A DNA stretch of 64,000 nt from Convolutriloba macropyga (Eukaryota), in the NCBI RefSeq assembly GCF_964194025.1, contig NC_134476.1, forward strand, positions 45,012,001 through 45,076,000, written 5' to 3'. This document shows, piece after piece, positions 53,974 to 64,000 of this stretch. Both the position numbers and the translations under genes were made by a program. Position 1 is the stretch's first letter; the number at the start of each line of letters is the position of its first letter. The notes beneath the pieces were generated by a model. It ran no database searches, was not told the DNA's origin, and saw only the letters and a list, made by a program, of their open reading frames with translations.

Positions 53974-54888
53974 ATGGCGCTGTATGAGAAACTAAACTCA
54001 ATTGATCTTAACGATACAAATTCAATGCGTTCATTATTTCTGGATTTCATTAAAGAAATTAATTATCAAAAAGAAGAAATCAACCAACTGCGTAGAGGAT
54101 GTGATCAACTAAGGACCGAAAAGGAGGAGCTTTCAAAGAGAGTTACTAAATTGGAACGTTATTCATCTTTTATGTGTTTGACTTTTCATGGGGTAGAGAA
54201 CGGTGGTGAGTACCCGGTACACAAAATTGTGGAGTTAATCAGGTCAGTACAAATTCCAATTGAAACTCATGATATTGCGGCCTGCCACTACCTACCTGGG
54301 AAAGGTAAAAGAAAATCCATAATTGTTAAATTTCTTTATAATCATCAGCGCGATTCGGTATGGTTTAATAGCAATTCTTTTTTTGATCCGGTTTCTGGGG
54401 CTAAAATTCACATAAACGAGCGTCTAGCGGAAAATGATAGAGACTTGTACAACTATTGCAGAAAAGAAAAAAATCTTCTTACAACCACGAACAAAAACCA
54501 AGTACGCGTTAAGTTCTCAGAAAACGATACAACTTGGTATCCAGTTGACAGTCGGCATCAAGTTGATTACCTTGTGGGAACTAATGGTAATACTGAAAAC
54601 GAGTGGGGTATGGAAACAGTAGAGATGTTGGCACAAGAACCTTATGTAAATAAGAAAACACCATTGAAAAGAAGTCGGCAGGTGGCTTTTCAATCACCTC
54701 AAGGAAATTTTCAAAAGCATTGTGGCACTAAACAATTTGACAAGCTGGACAGGTTATGCTGTTTGACTGAAAAAGTATTCAATTTATTGGTTGAAAAAGA
54801 GTCTCCGCCGTCCAAAAAAAGTACAAACTTGAATGATGAATGCAATAACTTCTCGAGTAATCAGAGCAGTGAAGAGAATCCGATTTAG
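53974..54888 (+). CDS. LINE ORF1 (coiled coil plus L1-type RRM/CTD-like nucleic-acid chaperone)
   Basis: Heptad region ending LERYS, then LTFHGVE, DIAACHYL, IIVKF, IHINERL, a pattern typical of this ORF1 class. Confidence 0.8.
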   Translation: MALYEKLNSIDLNDTNSMRSLFLDFIKEINYQKEEINQLRRGCDQLRTEKEELSKRVTKLERYSSFMCLTFHGVENGGEYPVHKIVELIRSVQIPIETHDIAACHYLPGKGKRKSIIVKFLYNHQRDSVWFNSNSFFDPVSGAKIHINERLAENDRDLYNYCRKEKNLLTTTNKNQVRVKFSENDTTWYPVDSRHQVDYLVGTNGNTENEWGMETVEMLAQEPYVNKKTPLKRSRQVAFQSPQGNFQKHCGTKQFDKLDRLCCLTEKVFNLLVEKESPPSKKSTNLNDECNNFSSNQSSEENPI

Positions 54889-57730
54889 TCTTCATACATC
54901 ATTGATTGTCATACTAAAAACAAAAGCCGAACTTTTTTGGGTTTAAACATTCAGTCTTTGAGATTCCATCATGCTGAACTAGTAGTTTTCCTTGATACAT
55001 TAGATCAAAAACCTGATGTTATTGCTTTAACTGAGACATGGTTAAAAGATAGTGACCAGCCTGACGACTATGATCTACCAGGTTATCAGACAATAGTGTC
55101 GAAACCAAGAAACAACGCTAAGAGACGATCTGGTGGAGTAGTCTTTTACATTAGAGATAATCTTCAATATACAATACAGGATACTAACACAGAAATTGAA
55201 TGCTTAATTTTACAAGTGAAATACGACGAGAAATGTTTGCATAATTTTTGCGTGATTTATAGACCTCCGTCTTTGAAGTTAACTGATTTTCAACCAAAGC
55301 TGGAAACCATTTTACATTGTTTGAAGTTTTCAAAAGAGGAAAGTTTAATCTTTGGTGATTTTAACATAGATATTTTAAAGAGAGAAAAAAGTACAAAAAA
55401 TTATGAGAATCTTTTAAGATCATTTGATTTTCAAGTACAAAACTCAATGCCCACAAGGGTAACCAAAAATTCAAAGAGCTGTATTGATCATATAATCACA
55501 GAAACAAACATAAAAACTGAAACGCTAGGAACGACAATAAGCGATCATTTTATATTAACTGCTGAATTTTTTGTATCAAGCTTAAATATTAAAAGCATTC
55601 AGTCATCGGTACTCATGCGAAATTTGAAATCAATCAAAACAGACAAAGCGCTGAATTTTCTTTTCGTCTTAGACCAGAATATCAAAAAAATTCCTGAGAA
55701 TTTGAATGCTAATGATTACATGAGTACAATGATCAAGAAAATTATTGAAAGTTTAAACAAATTTGCGCCTGAAAAGGTGTTCGAAACATCTGATTCTCCT
55801 AAATCTGCAAGCTGGATTACAAATGAAATCAAAAATGCCATTGTAAAGAGAGACAAAATGTTTCAAAAATGGATAGCAGAGCCTACTATTGAAAACCAAA
55901 CTAGATATAAACAAATACGGAACAAGGTAACTAACTTGATAAGAAATGGAAAAAGAGACGATAACTTCAAAAAACTAGGCAAAAATCCAAGCCCAAAAAT
56001 TATTTATAGGACACTAAAAACTTGTAAAAGAAAGGACAATACCATCGATTTACCAAATCTTGATGACTTGAACGATTACTTTGTTTCAATTGGACCAAAA
56101 TTATCTGCAAAATTTAATAGCGAAAAAAGCAGTTGCAATATACGCAATAATGAAAAAACGATGGTACTTCATCAAACAAATGAATCAGAGGTTACAAAAA
56201 TCTTGAGGAAATTGAAAAACAAGAAAAGTACTGGTCATGATGGAATCTCAAACGAAATTTTGAAGTGTTGTTCTCCCATTATTGAATGTCATCTTGCAAG
56301 AGCCATTAATTATTGTTTGCTAGAGCGTATTTTCCCAGATTCATTAAAAATAGCCAAAGTAATACCCTTATATAAAAAAGGAAACAAGACTGACCCTGGT
56401 AATTACAGACCTATCAGTTTACTGAGTACAATAAGCAAAATTCTGGAGAAGATCTTACTTAAGAGGATGATGAAATTTTGCGTAAAAAATAATTTGCTAG
56501 CGAACAATCAGTTTGGCTTTAGATCTAAAATGTCATGTGTGCATGCAGTTGCCACCATAACGGAGTATATTCGAAATGTTATTGCCAACAAATCAACTGG
56601 GCAAGCTAGTTTTATTGACTTAAGCAAAGCTTTTGATACAATAGATCATGAAATTTTGTTACTAAAAATAGAAAGATATGGATTCAGAGGTCCAATTTTG
56701 GAGCTATTAAAAAATTATTTAACTGGGCGCACCCAGTTTGTAAGTGCAGGATGCAAAAAAAACGACAGAAAAGCAAATAGTTTGTGGCGTACCTCAGGGC
56801 TCTGTTCTGGGCCCTTTTTTGTTCATTTTGTATATCAATGATCTCCCCGCAGTTTGTAATGAAAGCACTTTAGTAATGTTCGCAGATGATACTACTGTTG
56901 TTAATGCCAGTAAAGACAATAATTCGCCTCTACAAATGGATGTTGAAAGAGTTTCCAACTGGTTTAATACTAACAAATTAACAATTAATTATGTCAAAAG
57001 TGAAGCTATAAATTTCGGTAAACCCACAAAAGAAAAAGTAAAACTCAAGGATAATGCTCTAGATTACAACACATCTTGTAAGTATTTAGGAATCTACATT
57101 GATAAGAACTTAACATTCCGTGATCATGTTGATTTTGTTGTTAAAAAACTTAACAAGTTTTGCGGACTAATGTATCGGGTACGACATTTTTATCCAAGAA
57201 GGTGTCTTCTAATGTTTTATGACTCTTTTGCCAAATCGGTCATAACTTATGGTCTATTAGTCTATGGGAACACAAGCAAACAGAATTTAGAAAAAATTGA
57301 TAGGGTACAGCGAAAAATCATTCGAGCAATTTTTTTCAGGAAAAAATATGAATCCTTAGGTCTTACACTAATTGACAACAAGATATATACTGTATATGAA
57401 CTTTACGTGATTGAACTTGTCAAAGAACTTTTTAAACAAATAAGGTCCGAATCTCCGCTACAATACATAATTCCGCAAAGTCTAGCAGTCATTAAAAAAC
57501 AAACGAGATGGAGTTTAAGAGGCCTATTTCCCCCGCCATTTTCGAAAACTACAAAAAACAAAAAGTCATTAGCTAACTTGTTGAAGAAAACATATAATTG
57601 GCTAAAACAACTGAATTTATTACCCGAAAACTTTCAAAACTTTAGTTTTCAGCAAGTGAAAGCACATATATCAAAAATAAGTGAGCTTTACATTAAAGAT
57701 AATAGGGATGTTTTTGCCCTCTATTACTAA
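54889..57730 (+). CDS. LINE ORF2 (APE endonuclease plus reverse transcriptase) with one frameshift in an A8 run at 56755-56762
   Basis: LNIQSL, ALTETWL, GGVVFYI, FGDFNID, SCIDHI, SDH; NYRPISLL, QFGFR, DLSKAFDT, GVPQGSVLGP, FADD, YLG. Confidence 0.93.
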
Positions 57731-57793
57731 CTTTTAATACGCTTCAGCAAGATGACATCAATTTATTTGGGTTATTAATTTTTTTGCGTATAT

Positions 57794-57890
57794 GGGCACA
57801 GACTTGAAGAGCAATTATGCTCATTTTGTGTCCTAATTGGATTGTAATTGGATGTGATGATTGAAATGTTGTCCAATACTATCCAATTGA
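57794..57890 (+). other. LINE 3' UTR stem-loops
   Basis: gggcaca...tgtgtcc encloses gagca-atta-tgctc; a second stem is aattggat...atccaatt. Confidence 0.6.
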
Positions 57891-58605
57891 ATTAACTATT
57901 CTATTCTAGTGCGTAACATAATGTCTTGATAACCAAGACAAATGTGATTCATTGGTGTTCCCAATTGGATAGCAATCTCATCACCAGAAAATTAAAACCT
58001 TTAAGTTTATTAGAGGTTATTTTAGGGTTATTAAAACCTTTAGGTTTATTATTATATATAGGGCTAAGTGAAAAAATAAGATCTGATATTGACGACATTA
58101 TTTTACAGTTTATGGTTGAAAATGAAAATCCGATACAAAAAAATAAGCAGGGAAAAGAAATAGAGACTACATGATGTTAAGAGATGGAAATTGAGCGATT
58201 TGTTTTTAGTAAATCGGTAGTGGAGGAAGGAAATAAAAAGCGCCCATTTTAACCCCCCCCCCCCTCTGCGCATAGTGGTCAGATAACGTATAACTCTAAT
58301 CATGGTAATTAATTAATAATGGGGGCTAAATTTTAGTGGGGACTATAATGGGAAAGATTTTGGCAAGATTAACCATGGCTTGGTATGTTTCTTATCAAGG
58401 CTATCAAGATTCGTTCATTGTGTTGCTGACATAAGTGTCCTCCTGAACATTTACAATTGATATAGTTTCGGCGAGAGCCCAATTATGTTGCGACCATCAT
58501 GTTCATAAGCTGTATTATTACTACTTATTATTTCATTTTCAATGGATGACCAATATTTTACAGTACAAATTAACTAATTTTTGTCTGTTGCTTGCTCTCT
58601 CCTTT

Positions 58606-61600
58606 TTAACCTTCATGCCCGCGGTCAGATTCCCACTCTGCTACAGTCTTCTCAAAGGCTGAGATGGTAGAATCAATCTGACTCTCGGAGTCTCGCAGGT
58701 TTTCGTCAACAATTGCTTGGAATTTATGCTTAAGGTGTTGAATGGACGCTTTCTGCTTTTTGAGCGCCTCGAGCATGTCTTCGCTGTAAGTCTTGAGCTC
58801 TTTCAGTGTTTTAATATCAGAGGAGGTTTCTTGAGTTTCGGCTAACTTGTTGACTTCGTTCATTAAGCCGATAACATCTGCATTTGCTTCCACAAATTGT
58901 GATGAAACCTGGAGGAAAAGCTGTTGGTGGTTTTTGATCTCAGGTGTCTTTGAATTGACGACCCTCTCTACGATCTTTTCGAAGGGAACAACTTCGTGTT
59001 CGTTTTTGTCAATGTGGTTCGCTTTCCAGCAGTCCTGGCAGATCTGGACAGAACACTTCAAGCTGCGACAGAAGAGGACTTTGTCGTTGTTGTGCATCGG
59101 ACATGATTCGGCTTGATGAGAGTGTCGCTCAAAGAGATCTTTGCGAGACTCAATCGTCTGAAACAATCATTACAGTCTTTTTCAACCATATTCGTACGTA
59201 CCATTTTATAAATTGCAACCAACGCAAAAAAAATACAAACAATTCTTCTCTTTCAAAGTTTCCCTTCTACTGAAATTTAACCAAAAGCAATTTAAGTCAC
59301 AATTCAGAGTCCGTTTTATGTATTAACATTAAGATGTCAAGTGCAAGAAAGAAGTCGTGTTTGGCAATTAAAGAAATCGGAAAATAGCTTGAATTACTGC
59401 AGATAATTAAAAATTAAACTTTTGAACGTTCACATAAAACATTTCCATGTAGAAAAAAGTGCGCACGTATAAAAACATGCAACATATAGCGTGTCCCATA
59501 AAATTGAAATAAGCGAACGTTTCAAAAACCACAGGTTAGAGTTCAAAGGTCAAAGTTCAAATTTAAAACATGCAGAAAAATTGATGAATGAAAACTTAAT
59601 GGAGAAAACGTTGTCATTCAAATGAGCACATTGATGCTCAATTGCACGTTTTTGGCGTTTTTCGAACATTCGCTTATTTCAACTTTATGGGACAGACTAT
59701 AATATGTCTGCAGAATCTAAATTGTACATTAAAAGATAGGCCTTAACCAGTAATGAATCTGCTGCGACACTAACAGAAAATAGCAGAGAAAAGCAGCACA
59801 AACCAAATGTTTTCATCTCTTTGAGTGCCTAGTACATGAGCAGCGATCATCGTAGACATAGAAGAAAAAATCATAATTAAAGTATTTCAATGATTTCATC
59901 AGCTCAAAAACATGTTGCGCGCAAACTGTTTGTCTCAAGCAAAACTGCACAATAATTGAAATGCAGAAATGCGATTGGTCGATGATGAAGTGTGGTGTTT
60001 GAACATTTTGAAAATTTGATGGATAAATGAGTAAAGTTGGCATTTTTGACCTACAATTTTGATCGTGTTTTTGTCATTTTGATTGTCTTTTTTGTCATTT
60101 TGATTGTCTTTTTGTCATTTTGATTGTCTTTTTGTCATTTTGATTGTCTTTTTTTGCCGCTTTAACAAAAACCAATTGGAAGAAGGCTACAAACCGTGAA
60201 AACTCTCACATGCTTTAAAATTAAAACCAAGAAAAAACTCAGAAAAAAGTGTAAAAACACCTCTTTTCACGAAACTTACTGATTGCGTCATGTGCCAACT
60301 ATGGCCTTGCCTGACAGATTAAGGCAAAATATGGAACACATAAAAATGTTAACTTCACAACAACAATTTCACTCTAAAAATCAAATTAAAGAAGTTCAAG
60401 CAACTGGAGAAAATAAGTATTAAACCCTATTGGTATGTTAATTAATTTATACAAAATTGTTTCAACCTTTTTTTTTCAAAATAGCGAAACACGTCAGGCT
60501 GGCCTTTTCACAGTCAAAAAACTTCAATTTCTGTTTAGGCATTGTAAAGAAAAAAAAAGCGAAATAAAATTTTATGGCAATTAGAGGACCTTTCTAACTT
60601 GTCTTTAGAAATCGCACACATTGTTGTAAAAACGGTTGGATTTGTCAAAAGCTGCAGATTTGGGAAGCTAGCGTTAGTTTAATTGAAAGGGGGCGTGGGA
60701 TGAGACTGGGGGTGCTGAGCTTGAAAACCATTTTTTCTGAACACTTTCTCAAATGGTCTTCTTCACCACCGTATCTAATTCTGATTCTGATTTTTCAGTT
60801 AAATAGGTTCTCGATTTCATCAAAAGATATTGTTTGAGACAAAAAAACACCAATTTGCGAAAAAAAATATTCTGAAGATAATTATATTTTTCCTTTTTGC
60901 GTTGAAATGACCGGTCAAATACTTGACATAACAACTACGTTACCTTTTACATAATTTCGTTATTTTCATTTGTCGAATACCATAATCAAATGAACGAATG
61001 ACAAATCTTTCAAGTAAAAAAAGTTTTCGATGGAACGTGGAAGAGTGAACAAATTTTGAAGTTTGACCTATGATTGCGTTTTGCTATCGTCAAAAAATTG
61101 AAAAAGTGTCTCTAATTAGAATGCTGTCCCGTTTAAGATCATAAGTTTTGGAAACAGACTAAAATAATCTTACTAGAATAATTGAGAGCAAAGTTTGAAT
61201 CTCTGTGAGCAGTTAGCTTGAGCTGTTATTTCTCATACCAACGTTCAGTATTAAGCTGACGAAAAATTGACTGATTTGACCACTTATGAAATTTTTGAAA
61301 ACAAAATAGAAAATAAAATTTCTCGAGATAAAAAGCAAAAGTTTTCGTTGTTTTTCTACTCCATGTTTCTTTTGTCGATTGTTTTTGATACTAGAGGAAA
61401 CATTCAATTTTAGGCGTTACTTTGAACTGTGATTTGTTAGTGAATTTAGTTATTCAATTAAATTTAGCAGTCACCTGGAAATTTCAAAAAATAGCAACAG
61501 ACGTAGGTAAAACAAAAGTTGTAAAATGTAGAATAACATCTATTTCCAAAACGTACATATTCAACCTGAGATTTATAATGATTTCAATGCTCGTGTCCTT

Positions 61601-63009
61601 CAGTTGTTCAAATTTGTTAGTTGTTTTATTTAATAGAAAAAACATTACAGTTTCTAAAATGTTACTTTTTATAATGCTAATTATTTCTATAATGTTTTTC
61701 CTATAAGATTAATTATTTCTCCGAATTTCTGAAAGAATTTTGAGCTAATCCAGACCTCCCGATATTTAAGGGTTCATTTAAAACATGCTGGAACAACCAA
61801 ACATGGAATTTCCGTCAAAAAACCACTGAAAAAAATTTTTTTTCCTGAAGACCTTTGAAAAAGACCTTTTTGACTCTGTTATGTTTTTTGATCCTTAATT
61901 GAGCTAACTTTATTACCCGTTTTGCCCATAAAAAAACTGAGTTAACGCCTCAAATAACAGACCAGCATGAAAAACATGATATTCAAAGAGAACAAAATTT
62001 TGTTTTTTAATATTATAGTATGTTCAGTCCACTAAGAAACACAAATATCAGACAAAGTTAACCAAATATATGACGTTTGAACATGAACGACAAAGATAAA
62101 AAACAAAAATTTTGTCTTCAAAAATGTTTAATGATATTTGGTTTTTAATCTTTTTTTATTTCATTGATTTTTTAAATTTTTTTCCAATTCTTCATCTGCA
62201 CTTTTATGAATTTCAATATGGGAGCCCTTCTATCAAGAATAAGAAAAACTTTGCTATTACAACTGACAAAAAACAACAGTCAGCAACATTTGGCTAATCT
62301 AATACTTTTTAAAAAAAGTTTAACAATAATTCAATGTATGTAATAGATATTTATTTAGATTTTTTCATCAATTTTATTGAATCAGCTCATTTCATCAGTT
62401 ATATTGAATTATTTTTTGGTTAACCCCTACATATTTATTTTTGAACGGGCTGTCTGTTTTTAATTCGCCGAAATAAGTTTGTTGGTTCAGTTATGGGACT
62501 GAAACCTTGATACTCAGGGATTCTGCTTAAAGGAAAACACCCTATGCAATTTTGCCATTAGTATAACTTTATGGTTTTGCTTATTCATAATGTGATACTG
62601 CAAAGCAACGTCAAGTAAAAGCCACAGTTTAGTACGAAGCATATTTCCTTCTATATGACACAAAAGTTGTCTTCCTAATAAGAGTTTGAACGGCAATAAT
62701 CACTCCAGAGTACAGAATTTGCTTAGCATCGATAGCCGAGGAGAACAAGATTGAATTGCATTGCATCTTCTAAGAATACACACCTCGATAGCTGATGCGA
62801 GTGCGTAGTTGAAGGTGTATCTCTTCTCATCAGTGATGTTTCCAGATATGTGTTCCCTACACACGGCACACTTCCTGGGGTGTCTCAACAGCAGGTTCTT
62901 CAGACAGGGTTTCGGATAGGAACAGTAGGAGTGGCCACATGGCAACAGGCGCGGATTCTTGAAAGTGTCCAGACACAACACACACTTGAATGGGTTATCG
63001 AAGTCGTAA
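58606..63009 (-). CDS. TRIM-like E3 ligase (RING, B-box, coiled coil). Exons 63009-62784 and 59157-58606; start exon not located.
   Basis: RING CVLC...CGHSYC...C...CAVC...NYAL; phase-0 GT-AG intron; B-box CPMH..LFC..C..ICQDC..H..H followed by a helical heptad region. Confidence 0.88.
59487..59699. mobile_element. 213-bp Tc1/mariner-type MITE in the TRIM intron
   Basis: ~40-bp TIRs (tagcgtgtcccataaaattgaaataagcgaa / ttcgcttatttcaactttatgggacagacta) flanked by TA on both sides. Confidence 0.85.
60058..60155. repeat. 20-21 bp minisatellite, 4 copies plus a partial one
   Basis: Unit tttgtcattttgattgtctt. Confidence 0.9.
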
Positions 63010-64000
63010 CTGAAATACAAGGAAACAGTTGCAACAACTAAGCGTAAACTGTAATCATGTACCATAAATGTAAATGGGCAGTTATGTGCAACATTTTTAT
63101 GTAGTATATAAAACTTGCACAAGAGGACAACAATTTTTAAAAACTCTGTTTATATTGATCTCTCTCAAAAACCTCTTTAGTGACAAGGAATTTGATTCAA
63201 ACGTAGGTTCTACCGTCCTAAAATGACACTGACGAAGACAGGTCATGAGAGCGAGCTGAAGTCTGATCCTAAATTCCTTAAGCTTCAATTTCAAAAACCA
63301 AAAATGACAATATACAGCTTGAGCCAGCCAAAATCTAATCACAAGCAAACTGAAGAAAATCTTGAGAACACAAGTTTTGAATGACGTTCTGTGTTGTTAA
63401 ACACAATATTACAAACCAAAAAATTGTTTTGCCTCCACCGCGAAGCAGCATGAACAAAAAAGAGATGAAATTTTTGATAAAACAAAATTCTATACACATT
63501 GGGGCTAAATTAGAGATATGAACGGGCATGCTTTACAAACAAGTTTTACAAATTACTCATTAGCGTTTCTTTCATTGGTTAAGATATTTAGAACTAAAAG
63601 TAAGTAAGAACATACTGTAAAGATTTTTTTTTGATATAAGAGGTTTTTTCGCAAATTATGTCACCCAATCAGCATCTGAAAATAAAGAAGATAAGAATTG
63701 TCATTGGGCGTCGCAGACTTTTTGCCATCAAAATCTGTGGATCCCTACATCCATGGGAAGCGTGGATTGAGTCTTATCATCTTGTCATGACGGATAGACC
63801 ATATTAATGATCCAACATTTTTTATAAAATGGGGGAAAATATATGGGAGACTGGCTTTTTTCTTCAGTCAGACACCATTTTGCAGCCTCAGGATCTAGTT
63901 TCCATTTTTATAAAAAAAATTATCAAAAATCTGAAAAACGGGAAACTCTAGAATTTTCGAAGGAAATAACAAGAAGAAAAAAGGACGATCGCTCGGGGGG

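Larger units (their letters stand above)
53848..57908 (+). mobile_element. Near-intact LINE of the CR1/L2 group (Crack/Daphne-like; clade not tested); 5' boundary uncertain
   Basis: ORF1, APE-RT ORF2, structured 3' UTR, short (CTATT)n tail. Confidence 0.9.

Overview
AT-rich eukaryotic (animal, probably invertebrate) genomic DNA with spliceosomal introns and many repeats. Main contents: (1) a degenerate minus-strand LINE running off the left edge, with a mutated 2A-like peptide before its endonuclease; (2) a full-length but frameshifted BEL/Pao LTR retrotransposon (8037-18431; 157-bp LTRs, TACGG target-site duplication) whose ~3.3-kb leader holds a ~175-bp tandem array with A/B alternation; (3) a multi-exon plus-strand gene (~25.7-35.6 kb) encoding a divergent Eph-receptor-like ectodomain, a TM helix and a Tyr-rich tail with no visible kinase domain; (4) a ~17-kb non-coding stretch with candidate cis-regulatory motif clusters; (5) a near-intact CR1/L2-group LINE (~53.8-57.9 kb) with ORF1 and ORF2 in the same frame, separated by one TAG; (6) a minus-strand RING/B-box/coiled-coil (TRIM-like) gene. 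MITEs, Helitron-like ends and microsatellites are scattered throughout. Best candidates for novelty: the array-bearing retrotransposon leader and the apparently kinase-less Eph-like receptor. All analysis was by eye; no database searches were run.
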